Below, one piece after another: positions 45,545-54,792 of a DNA stretch of 64,000 nt. Origin of the DNA: Spirochaetia bacterium (GTDB lineage Bacteria > Spirochaetota > Spirochaetia > UBA9216). The stretch covers positions 1,920,001 to 1,984,000 of the forward strand of contig OY776510.1 of the NCBI GenBank assembly GCA_963675665.1, written 5' to 3'. The translations under genes and the position numbers were made by a program. Below the pieces are notes generated by a model. The model had not been told where the DNA came from, searched no databases, and worked only from the letters and a program-made list of their open reading frames with translations. The number at the start of each line of letters is the position of its first letter. The stretch's first letter is position 1.

Positions 45545-46573
45545 ATGAAAGCGGCAGTATTAACTGAATTTAATAAAATAGAAATAATTGATAAAGTCCG
45601 GCCTTCGATAAGTGACGATGAAGTTCTTGTAAAGGTTAAATACAACGGAATCTGCGGCACAGATCTGCATGTTATGCAGGGACATCACCCTGCGGCCGTT
45701 CCGCCTCTTGTTATGGGACATGAATTCAGCGGGACGGTTGAAAAAAAGGGAAAACATGTCGGTGATGAAATAAAAATCAGAGACCGGGTCGTTGTTCAGC
45801 CGTATGAATCCTGCGGCGAATGTGAGCCGTGTAAATCAGGATGCGAGAACGTCTGCCGTGAGTTGAAGATCTTCGGAGTTCACAGGGACGGTGCATATCA
45901 GGAATATGTTAATGTAAAGGCGTCGCGGCTTTTCAGGCTGGATGATTCAATTTCTGATATTGCAGCTGCACTTATTGAGCCGCTGGCTGTTGCTGTTCAT
46001 GATGTAAAAAAGAGCGGTTTGAAGATTGGCGGTTCAGTTATCGTAATAGGCGGAGGCCCGATCGGTTTGCTTATTGCTGTTGTTGCAGGAATTAATGGCG
46101 CTTCGAAGATCGCTATCAGTGAGATAAATCCGGCACGTATTAAAAAAGCACGGCAACTGGGATTCCAGGTGATTAATCCTGCAGAAGAGAACCTTGCCGA
46201 TAAAGCATATAAGATGACTGACGGCCGAGGTTTTGACGCCGTATTCGAGGTTTCGGGCAGCCGGCCCGGAACAGAAGCGATGACTATGCTTGCCAAAACC
46301 AGCGGAACAATTGTAATTGTCGGGATCCCTCCGGAAAAACATCCTGTTGATACAGACACCGTTTTCAAGAAAGAATTGAATATAGTCGGAGTCAGACTTT
46401 ACTCTAAGGTAGATTTTCAGGCTGCCGTTGATATCATGAAGAATGAAGAAAACCGCAGGAAGCTGATGGAGCTTGTATCGGCTGAGTATCCGCTGGAGCA
46501 GTTGACTGAAGCAATTGCTTACCTGCGGAACAGCAGTGATGCGTACAAGGTCCTGATAAAGATTGGGGAGTAG
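45545..46573 (+). CDS. Zn-dependent medium-chain dehydrogenase
   Basis: GICGTDLH, GHEFSG, CGECEPC..G....C and GGGPIG. Confidence 0.9.
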   Translation: MKAAVLTEFNKIEIIDKVRPSISDDEVLVKVKYNGICGTDLHVMQGHHPAAVPPLVMGHEFSGTVEKKGKHVGDEIKIRDRVVVQPYESCGECEPCKSGCENVCRELKIFGVHRDGAYQEYVNVKASRLFRLDDSISDIAAALIEPLAVAVHDVKKSGLKIGGSVIVIGGGPIGLLIAVVAGINGASKIAISEINPARIKKARQLGFQVINPAEENLADKAYKMTDGRGFDAVFEVSGSRPGTEAMTMLAKTSGTIVIVGIPPEKHPVDTDTVFKKELNIVGVRLYSKVDFQAAVDIMKNEENRRKLMELVSAEYPLEQLTEAIAYLRNSSDAYKVLIKIGE

Positions 46574-46622
46574 TAAGTATTTTTTCCCTTAAAAATCTGA
46601 AATGTTAAAATCTATTTAATTC

Positions 46623-47568
46623 ATGCTTACGATGCAGCGTTTTCCGTGGGAACAGGGAGCAGCCTCCCAGGCGGCGCTTGAAATAGGAGATTTCACGACT
46701 GCAAAACTGCTTGCCCACGACGCTGTTCTCAGGCAGTCGCCTGACGGTCGCCTGAGCACAGCTTTTTACCGCGACGATATCGCTATCTTCGGCGATAATA
46801 TCACGGTTACCGACTCATCGGCAAACGGGGAGGCGGTGCTCTACTTCGCCGATAAAGATAAGGACGACGCCCTTCGCAAAGCTGCCGACTTACAGCCTAC
46901 ATGGCTTGCCGAATGCGCGCCGAGAACTAAAGGCGGGGTACTCTACCATGTTAAAAACAACAGACAAGTTTGGGTAGATTCGATATTCATGGCCCTGCCG
47001 TTCATGGTTTTAATGGGTGCAGACCTCGAAGCAGAGCAGCCGTTTGACGGTTTCTACCGTATTCTGCATGATTCCGAAACAAGCCTGCTCTCACACATCT
47101 GGGATGAGGCAACCGGAGACTTCGCCCACAGGGATTTCTGGGATGTGGGCAACGGATGGGCTGCGGCGGGCATGGCCAAGATAATCCGCTTTCTGCCGGA
47201 CTCCGAAGATTTATTTAAAACAAAGACAATCGGAATGGTAACGGATATAGTAGATGCAGTACTGAAATACAGGAACGACAAATATTTATTCAACAATATC
47301 ATAGATCGTCCTGAAACATTCGTTGAAGTAAACCAGGCTCAAATGATTTGCACACGATCTTTTCCGGTGTTTCGGAGGGCTGGATGAATGATTCCTATGC
47401 CGATGTAGCAATTAAAATCCGGACTGCCGTACTGGAAAACGTCGATGAGCTAGAGTTAGTTCATAACCTCTGAGGCTCGCAACCTTCGCGGAACCGGGGA
47501 CTGCTGTCGAAGGCCAGGCGTTTTTCCTCCTGATGGAAGCGGCCTACGCGAGGTATTCTGAACAGTAA
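46623..47568 (+). pseudogene. Disrupted GH88/GH105-family unsaturated glycuronyl hydrolase
   Basis: MQR..WEQG, WVDSIFM..P and HIWD....FW..GNGWAAAG. Frameshift near 47350 continues as HTIFSGVSEGW...VHNL, then TGA 47471-47473, then a second frameshift to PGTAVEGQAFFLLMEAAY* (TAA 47568). Confidence 0.8.
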
Positions 47569-47804
47569 TTAATCTCAAACCGTTTGCACCATTCACAGAT
47601 TGCCTTAACGCTGGTCTGATACTTGTACTGCAGGTTAATTGCCATGCTTTTTCGAGGTTCAACTATTGCGTTAATAAAGTGTGTAAGTTATTTACATGTT
47701 TCCAGTCTTTATGTTTCTTTACATTGAAAGGTAACACTTTCTTAAATACGGTCTTTTGTATATAATTCTTTACTATGAAAAGATTTAGTTGAATTCGTTT
47801 GGAT

Positions 47805-47820
47805 TGGTACAGGAATTGCA
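47805..47820 (+). promoter_or_regulatory. Sigma54 -24/-12 promoter of the GRE operon
   Basis: TGGTACAGGAATTGCA with GG-N10-GC spacing. Candidate UAS tgtaa-gttat-ttaca at 47682-47696. Confidence 0.75.
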
Positions 47821-47857
47821 TTATATTAAACCGAATAATCAACAGAGGAGGAGAAAA

Positions 47858-48865
47858 ATGTTGAGAAAATCTTTACTTTTCATCCTGGTGCTTCTTTTAG
47901 TCGGCGCGTTTTTTGCAGTAGCGGGCGGCCAGCAGGAAGCAGGCACAAATCCGGACGACGCTGAATTTCTTGTCGGCTTTGCAAACAGTTCAGTTGAACA
48001 CCCATGGAGGATTGCAATTCAGAACGCGATTCTTGATGAAGCTGCAAAGTATGATGATATTGCCATCATTACTACAGAAGCCGGTGAAGACCCGGTTCGG
48101 CAGGTACATAACGTTGAGGATATGCTGGCCAGGGGAATCGATCTCCTACTGGTCTGTACAGTGGAAGGCGAACCTTTCAAACCTGCAGTCGAGATGGTTA
48201 AGGACGCAGGAATCCCGCTTGTTCCTGTTGACAGGGCGATTATCGGAGATGATTATACCTGTTATATCGAACAGAGCAATATTGATATAGGAAAGAGAGC
48301 TGCCGACTGGATTGCCGAGCAGATGGTGAAGAAGTACGGTGAAGCCAGAGGCAAAGTCGTTGAACTTCAGGGGTTTCCCGGAAATATTCCTGCTGAACAC
48401 AGAAGAATCGGTTTTCATGACCAGGTAGAAGCAAAATACCCGAAACTTGAAATTGTTTCCGCACAGCCTACTGATTATACAAGAGCGAATTCATTACAGG
48501 TAATGGAAAATATCATTCAGGGACAACCCGAGATTGACGCTGTATATACTCATGAAGATGAAATTGCTTTCGGCGCAATTGATGCGTTAAAAGAAGCTAA
48601 AAGACTTGATGGCGTTATTATTACCGGTAACGGCGGTTCCGACAGAGCTCTGGAATCAATAAAAAAGGGAGAAATGACAGCATGCTTTACATATTCTCCG
48701 ATTGATTTCGGCCTTGTAGGTATGCAGATGGCCGCAAAGATTCTTCATGGTGAAGAGGTTCCGCGCATAGTCAATCTTCAGGGTGATATAATCACTTCTG
48801 AGAATGTCGACAAGTATATTGCCCAGCTTAAAGCAAACGGTGAAGTTTACGTAACAACAAGATAA
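47858..48865 (+). CDS. Sugar ABC substrate-binding protein (RbsB family)
   Basis: ATG 47858 after GAGGAGG, signal peptide then AGGQQE. VGFAN....HPWR, VDR and H.DE.A.GA. Confidence 0.9.
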   Translation: MLRKSLLFILVLLLVGAFFAVAGGQQEAGTNPDDAEFLVGFANSSVEHPWRIAIQNAILDEAAKYDDIAIITTEAGEDPVRQVHNVEDMLARGIDLLLVCTVEGEPFKPAVEMVKDAGIPLVPVDRAIIGDDYTCYIEQSNIDIGKRAADWIAEQMVKKYGEARGKVVELQGFPGNIPAEHRRIGFHDQVEAKYPKLEIVSAQPTDYTRANSLQVMENIIQGQPEIDAVYTHEDEIAFGAIDALKEAKRLDGVIITGNGGSDRALESIKKGEMTACFTYSPIDFGLVGMQMAAKILHGEEVPRIVNLQGDIITSENVDKYIAQLKANGEVYVTTR

Positions 48866-48885
48866 CAATAAAAAATAATGTTTGT

Positions 48886-48912
48886 ACCTCCCGGATTGCC
48901 GGGAGGTTTTTC
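48886..48912 (+). terminator. Stem-loop plus U tract after SBP gene
   Basis: acctcccgg-attg-ccgggaggt-ttttt. Confidence 0.7.
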
Positions 48913-48927
48913 ACCAAAGGAGACAGG

Positions 48928-50439
48928 ATGTCAAACGATTTCTTTTGTATTGATAAAATTGATAAATCATTCAGTGGAACACAGGTCCTGACTGATGTCA
49001 GTTTTTCCATGAAGAAGGGAGAGGTCCGGGCGCTGGTTGGAGAAAACGGCGCCGGTAAATCTACCCTAATGAAAATACTGTCGGGTGTACATCTTCCCGA
49101 CGGCGGAACAATGACATTGGACGGCAACAATATTCCTTTCGGGCATCTTTTAACAATTCAGGAATTGGGCGTAAGCGTTATATATCAGGAATTCAGCCTG
49201 GTTGAAGAACTTTCGGTAGCAGAGAATATTTTTCTGCGTCAGGCTGCTGAGGAATTTCCCCTGCGTATGATTTCCTGGAAAGATTATAACGAGCGAACTG
49301 TAGAAATACTGAAGGATTTGGGAATAGAAGGGATATTGCCTCAGGCTAAAGTAAAAACCTTAAGTGTAGCGCATAAGCAGATGGTTGAGATTGCCAAGGC
49401 CTTAACGATCGATGCCGGATTGATTGTAATGGACGAACCTTCTGCAACTTTAAATCAGAAAGAAACTGATCACCTTTTGGCAATTATTAAAGATTTAAAA
49501 GCGAAAGGTAAATCAATAATATATATAACACACAGACTTGAAGAGGTTAAACGAATTTGTGATTCGGTAACGATTCTAAAAGACGGCAGGGTCATCGAGA
49601 CAAGGGATATAGATACTATTGATAATGAGGAAATTATTTCATTGATGGTCGGGCGGGAAATGTCTGATTATTTTCCGTCCCGGCTTGATAGAGAGCTTGA
49701 TAAGGATAATCCGATTCTCGAAGTTCATTGTTTAAGAAGCAATAAAATTTCAGCTTCATCGTTCAAACTTTGCCGCGGAGAAATACTCGGCATAGGCGGT
49801 TTAACCGGTTCAGGCAGAACCGAACTTGTTCGCGCATTATGCGGGCTTGACAACAGCAAGGCAGATGAAATGTTTCTTGACGGCAATCCTGTGAATATAC
49901 GTTCTGTAAAAGACGCCATTTCTCACGGAATAGCATATCTGCCGGAAGAAAGAAAGACGCAGGGTCTTATTTTGGGAATGAGTATCAGACATAATGCTTC
50001 ATATACCGCTTTAAGGAAATTTATCAGAACACTTATAATTAATCAGGGAAAAGAAAGAGAAGCGGTTATGAAACAGGTTTCAGCACTTAGAATTAAATGT
50101 TCGGATATTGAACAAAGAGTTAAAGAGCTTAGCGGCGGGAATCAGCAGAAGGTTGTTCTTGCAAAGTGGCTTCTTAATGATCCCAAAATATATATCATGG
50201 ACGAACCTACCCGAGGAATTGATGTAGGAGCAAAAAAAGAAATTTATGAAATAATGCATAAGCTTGCGGTGTCGGGAGCGTCGATAATATTCATTTCATC
50301 CGAAATGCCGGAATTGCTTAACATGAGCGATAAAATTCTTGTTATGGCAAACGGTTCTCTTGTTGATGAAATAGACGCGGAATTTGCAACAGAAGAAAAA
50401 ATACTTACTATGGCAATTAAGGAAAAGGAGGCATGTTGA
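48928..50439 (+). CDS. Sugar ABC ATP-binding protein (RbsA family)
   Basis: GENGAGKST, MDEPS, THRLEE, LSGGNQQK and DEPTRGIDVGAK. Confidence 0.95.
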   Translation: MSNDFFCIDKIDKSFSGTQVLTDVSFSMKKGEVRALVGENGAGKSTLMKILSGVHLPDGGTMTLDGNNIPFGHLLTIQELGVSVIYQEFSLVEELSVAENIFLRQAAEEFPLRMISWKDYNERTVEILKDLGIEGILPQAKVKTLSVAHKQMVEIAKALTIDAGLIVMDEPSATLNQKETDHLLAIIKDLKAKGKSIIYITHRLEEVKRICDSVTILKDGRVIETRDIDTIDNEEIISLMVGREMSDYFPSRLDRELDKDNPILEVHCLRSNKISASSFKLCRGEILGIGGLTGSGRTELVRALCGLDNSKADEMFLDGNPVNIRSVKDAISHGIAYLPEERKTQGLILGMSIRHNASYTALRKFIRTLIINQGKEREAVMKQVSALRIKCSDIEQRVKELSGGNQQKVVLAKWLLNDPKIYIMDEPTRGIDVGAKKEIYEIMHKLAVSGASIIFISSEMPELLNMSDKILVMANGSLVDEIDAEFATEEKILTMAIKEKEAC

Positions 50440-51407
50440 TGTCGGGAGTGATATCGGTTTCAAACAGTTCCAAAGAAAAGGTTATAAAAATTATAAATAT
50501 AAAGGGTTTGCCGATTTTGATCGGTTTTATTGTACTTGTCGTGTTGGCAAGTGTGTTATCGCCGTCTTTCCTGCAACCAACTAACCTGTTTAATATTTTA
50601 AGGCAGGTCTCATCCAATTGCATAATAGCAGTCGGCATGACCTTTGTTATCCTGACCGGGGGCATAGATTTATCGGTTGGTTCGATTGTTGCTCTTGCGA
50701 GTGTTCTTGTTGCGCTTGCACAGAATTACGGAATGAACAGTTTTGTAACCGTTATAATCGGTTTAGGCACCGGAGCTTTTTGCGGTTTGTTTAACGGCTT
50801 TATAATTGTAAACAGAAAACTTCAGCCTTTTATTGTTACTCTCGCAACCATGACCATAGCGCGCGGTTTTGCTTATATAATCTCTGGCGGGCGTCCGATT
50901 ATGGGAATCAGCGACAATTTCAGGGTGATTGCAACCAGTTATATTGGGCCTTTGCCGATACCTGCTGTTTACATGATAGTAATTATTGTCCTTTCCTATA
51001 TAGTATTGACCAGAACCTATTGGGGAAGGGCTTATTTTGCAATCGGAGGCAATGAAGAAGCTGCCAGGCTGTCCGGCACCAGGGTAGATCTCTATAAATC
51101 ACTTGCATATGTGTTATCGGGGATGTTGTGTGGGTTTGTTGCTATCACTGTTGTAGCCAGGGTAACTGTCGGAGAACCTATTATTGGTCAGGGTTGGGAA
51201 CTTGATGCTATAGCTGCAGTTGTAATAGGCGGAACATCGCTGTCGGGCGGAGTCGGGGGTGTAATAGGCACTTTAATAGGGGCCCTGATCCTTGGGGTTT
51301 TAAGCAATATATTTAACCTGCTGAATATTTCCGCTTATGTGCAAATGGTTTTTAAAGGCATAATCATACTTGTTGCTGTTCTGGCATCAACAAAGAAGGA
51401 TTCCTGA
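50433..51407 (+). CDS. Sugar ABC permease (RbsC family)
   Basis: GMTFVILTGGIDLSVGS, GGNEEAARLSG and ELDAIAAVVIGG.SL.GG. Confidence 0.93.
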   Translation: MLMSGVISVSNSSKEKVIKIINIKGLPILIGFIVLVVLASVLSPSFLQPTNLFNILRQVSSNCIIAVGMTFVILTGGIDLSVGSIVALASVLVALAQNYGMNSFVTVIIGLGTGAFCGLFNGFIIVNRKLQPFIVTLATMTIARGFAYIISGGRPIMGISDNFRVIATSYIGPLPIPAVYMIVIIVLSYIVLTRTYWGRAYFAIGGNEEAARLSGTRVDLYKSLAYVLSGMLCGFVAITVVARVTVGEPIIGQGWELDAIAAVVIGGTSLSGGVGGVIGTLIGALILGVLSNIFNLLNISAYVQMVFKGIIILVAVLASTKKDS

Positions 51408-51425
51408 TATATTAATGAGGTTTGA

Positions 51426-53852
51426 ATGGAAAATATAATCAGCAATGAAGCTTATTTTAAATTGAAAACGGAGTTTTCCGTGCCTTCGGAAAGGTTCACT
51501 GAGCTTAGGGCCAGGTTGCTGGCTGTAAAACCCGAATTGTGCCCGGAGCGTGCACGATATTTGACACAGTCGTTTAAAGAAACAGAGGGCGAACCGTATA
51601 TAATCAGACGGGCAAAGGGTTTCTATAATGTCCTTGCCAATATGTCGTTGTTTATAAATGAAAAAGAACTGTTTGCAGGTAACCAGGCAGGTTCGCTCAG
51701 GGCTTGTCCGTTTTATCCTGAAACGGAAAGTGTATACTTTAAGGAAGAAATTGATCTTTTTCCTGTCAGAGAAAACGATCGTGTTCAGATAAATCCTGAA
51801 GTCAGGGAAGAAGTGCTAAATGAAATCATCCCGTACTGGATTGACAAGAACACGGAAAAGATTTCTCTGAAACGTATTCCTCCGGAAACCCTTGAGTTGA
51901 TAAATGCGCCTCACCAGATCTTTTCTCCCCAGATACATATGAGGGGAAGTCTTGCGCATACTATTGCAGATTATTCCATGGTTCTGGATAAAGGCATACT
52001 TAATATCAGGGAAGAGCTTTTACAAAGGCAAAAAGCCCTGGATTTGACGATACCGGAAAACCTTGAACACTATCATTTTTGCGAAGCAGAAATCATAATT
52101 TGTAATGCGCTTATGCTGCTGGCTTCAAGATACTCCGACCTTGCTTATAAAATGGCTGATGAAGAAACCGATCCCGTCCGTTCGGAAGAGCTTCGTACTA
52201 CAGCTGCAGCATGTGCAAGGGTCCCTGCGTATCCCGTAGAAAGTTTCTTTGAAGCGTTGCAATCCTTCTGGCTTGTTCACCTCGGACTTTATATAGAACA
52301 GAACGGTTTGGCCATTTCGGTAGGACGGTTTGATCAGTATATGTATCCTTACCTGAATGCTGATCTTAAAAATAAAAAAATTACTCTTTCAGAGGCTCAG
52401 GAGTATCTGGATATTTTATGGATTAAATTCACGGAAATAATGAGGGCATATGATCTTAAATCCGCCAGATACTACGGCGGGTTTGCCATATCCGAGAATC
52501 TTGTTCTCGGCGGAATCCTTGAAAACGGGAAAGATGCTACGAACATTCTCTCTTATATGTGCCTTGATTCAGAGTTTAAAACGAGGTTGAGCCAGCCGAA
52601 TGTTGCCGTAAGGATGCATCAGAATATTCCCCGCGCCCTTTTGATAAAGGCATGTAAAATTATAAGAGAGGGCGGCGGAAAACCCGAACTGTTCAATGAT
52701 GACGTCGGTATTCCATTGCTTCTCAGGACCGGCGTCACGCTGGAAGATTCACGCAATTATGATATCTCCGGCTGTGTAGAGCCGGTTCCTCCGGGGACTC
52801 TGGGAATCACGAACGCTTCGATGTCCAACCTTGCAAAGGCGCTGGAGCTTGCCCTTAATAACGGAAAATGCCGTCTGAGCGGAACTCAGATGGGTCCCGT
52901 GACCGGCACGCCCGATAAATTCAAATCAATAGAAGACGTAATATACGCTTTCAGGCAGCAGGTCGAAGCGTATGTAGAGCATATGATTATCGCTATTAAT
53001 ACCATTGAGAGTGTCCACAGGGAGTTTCTGCAGATACCTTTTACTTCGCTTACGCTTACAGGATGTTTAGAGAAGTGTCTTGACGCCACCGCCGGAGGAG
53101 CAATTTATAATTACACAGGACCGCAGGGAGTCGGCGTGGCTGATGTAGCTGACTCTCTTGCCGCAATCCAGAAACTTGTTTTTGAGGATCATTTTATTTC
53201 AATGGATGAACTGAATGCTGCTCTTGATAATAATTTCGAATCATTGCCTGAACTTCTCAATATGGCCCGTAAGGTTCCCAAATACGGTAACGATGATGAT
53301 TATGTCGATCAATATGCATCCGTGATTGCAAAAATTTACTGTGATGCTGTAGAAAAGTATAAAAACCCGAGAGGCGGGGCCTACAGGCCCGGGTTATATC
53401 CGGTATCGGCCAATGTGCCTTTGGGGGAAGCTGTAGGTGCGCTTCCTTCAGGCAGGAAAGCCGGAACTCCTCTTGCTGACGGGATATCCCCGGAACATTT
53501 TATGGACACAAACGGGCCTACGGCGGTTATGAGATCGGCTGCAAAAATGGATCATACTATCGTTTCAAACGGCACGCTTCTTAATCAAAAATTTGATCCG
53601 GTTTATTTAAAAACCGATGAGAACATAAACCGGTTGGTGGATATGATCAGGGCGTATTTTGATCTTGGCGGGTGGCACGTTCAATTCAATGTTGTAAACA
53701 AGGAAACACTGTTGAAGGCCCAGGCTAATCCCGGGGAATATTCAGGACTCCTGGTCAGGGTAGCAGGATACAGCGCTTTCTTTGCCGAGTTAAGCGATGT
53801 TATCCAGAATGATATAATCGACCGAACAGAGTTCTCAGAAATTATAAACTAG
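51426..53852 (+). CDS. Glycyl radical enzyme (PFL2/dehydratase-like), substrate unknown
   Basis: 808 aa. ERAR..T, SVGRFDQY, Cys loop SGCVEP, PKYGNDD, GTLLNQKF, HVQFNV and Gly loop LLVRVAGYSAFF. Confidence 0.95.
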   Translation: MENIISNEAYFKLKTEFSVPSERFTELRARLLAVKPELCPERARYLTQSFKETEGEPYIIRRAKGFYNVLANMSLFINEKELFAGNQAGSLRACPFYPETESVYFKEEIDLFPVRENDRVQINPEVREEVLNEIIPYWIDKNTEKISLKRIPPETLELINAPHQIFSPQIHMRGSLAHTIADYSMVLDKGILNIREELLQRQKALDLTIPENLEHYHFCEAEIIICNALMLLASRYSDLAYKMADEETDPVRSEELRTTAAACARVPAYPVESFFEALQSFWLVHLGLYIEQNGLAISVGRFDQYMYPYLNADLKNKKITLSEAQEYLDILWIKFTEIMRAYDLKSARYYGGFAISENLVLGGILENGKDATNILSYMCLDSEFKTRLSQPNVAVRMHQNIPRALLIKACKIIREGGGKPELFNDDVGIPLLLRTGVTLEDSRNYDISGCVEPVPPGTLGITNASMSNLAKALELALNNGKCRLSGTQMGPVTGTPDKFKSIEDVIYAFRQQVEAYVEHMIIAINTIESVHREFLQIPFTSLTLTGCLEKCLDATAGGAIYNYTGPQGVGVADVADSLAAIQKLVFEDHFISMDELNAALDNNFESLPELLNMARKVPKYGNDDDYVDQYASVIAKIYCDAVEKYKNPRGGAYRPGLYPVSANVPLGEAVGALPSGRKAGTPLADGISPEHFMDTNGPTAVMRSAAKMDHTIVSNGTLLNQKFDPVYLKTDENINRLVDMIRAYFDLGGWHVQFNVVNKETLLKAQANPGEYSGLLVRVAGYSAFFAELSDVIQNDIIDRTEFSEIIN

Positions 53853-54779
53853 ATGAATGGTAATTACGGTATAATTTCGGAGATACAACGATTCTGTATT
53901 CATGACGGGAAGGGTTTAAGGACCACAGTATTTTTAAAAGGCTGTCCGCTTAGATGTGCATGGTGTTCAAATCCTGAAACACAGTCAGCAGAAAAAGAAC
54001 TGATGTATTTTCAAAAAAACTGCGTCGGGTGCGGGCGTTGCATTAACAGTTGTCCAAATAATGCCTTAAGTTTCGATAATCAAAGGGTTGTTGTCGAAAA
54101 GGATAAATGCGATCTATGCGGGAAATGTGAAAAAAGCTGTTTTTATAATGCGCTTAAAATCAAAGGCGAAGAAATGGAAGTCTTTGAAATAATTGAGCTG
54201 CTGATGAAGGATTTCAAGTTTTTTGAAAAGAGCGGCGGAGGCCTGACGATTTCGGGAGGCGAACCTACATCACAACCGGAGTTTACAAAAAAGTTATTAA
54301 TCACTGCTGGAAAGCTGGGAATAAATACAGCTATTGAGACCTGCGCCCTGTGCAGGCAGGAAACCTTGCTGGATATTGCTGAATATTGTGATGAAATATT
54401 TATTGATCTGAAAATTGCGGATGCGGTGGCGCACAGCAAATGGACCGGGGCGGATAACAGGACGATTGTTGAAAATATAAGAATATTATTGAAGACTATG
54501 GCATCCAAAGTAAATATTCGAATTCCTGTGATTGAGGGAATAAATACCGGATATAATGATATTTTTCAAATTTCAAAACTTTTGAAAGATCTTTATTGTG
54601 ATCTTTTACCCAAAGAAATTGTTATAGAGTTAATGCCTTATCATCGTTTGGGCAGCGGCAAGTATGATGCTCTTCAGATGAAATATTCCCTGGAAAATCT
54701 TAAGCCGATGAGTATGGAAAGAATTGAAGATATAAAGAATATTTTTAAAGAAAACGGTATTACAGCCATTACCCCGTAA
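53853..54779 (+). CDS. Glycyl-radical enzyme activating enzyme (radical SAM with ferredoxin insert)
   Basis: HDG.GLRTTVFLKGCPLRCAWCSNPE, two CxxCxxC motifs, GGLTISGGEP and MPYH.LG..KY. Confidence 0.95.
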   Translation: MNGNYGIISEIQRFCIHDGKGLRTTVFLKGCPLRCAWCSNPETQSAEKELMYFQKNCVGCGRCINSCPNNALSFDNQRVVVEKDKCDLCGKCEKSCFYNALKIKGEEMEVFEIIELLMKDFKFFEKSGGGLTISGGEPTSQPEFTKKLLITAGKLGINTAIETCALCRQETLLDIAEYCDEIFIDLKIADAVAHSKWTGADNRTIVENIRILLKTMASKVNIRIPVIEGINTGYNDIFQISKLLKDLYCDLLPKEIVIELMPYHRLGSGKYDALQMKYSLENLKPMSMERIEDIKNIFKENGITAITP

Positions 54780-54792
54780 TTTACGGGGTAAT
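54768..54792. repeat. Perfect palindrome formed by the last four codons of two convergent genes
   Basis: attaccccgtaa-t-ttacggggtaat. Both proteins end ITP* with identical codons ATT ACC CCG TAA. Confidence 0.9.

Noticed and set aside
47471-47473. TGA at a probable Cys position in the GH88/105 gene as selenocysteine
   Set aside because: It is flanked by two frameshifts, so a nonsense mutation in a pseudogene is the simpler reading.
51426-53852. GRE as pyruvate formate-lyase
   Set aside because: It has a single catalytic Cys (GCVEP), not the adjacent Cys-Cys pair of PFL, and its activase carries a ferredoxin insert.
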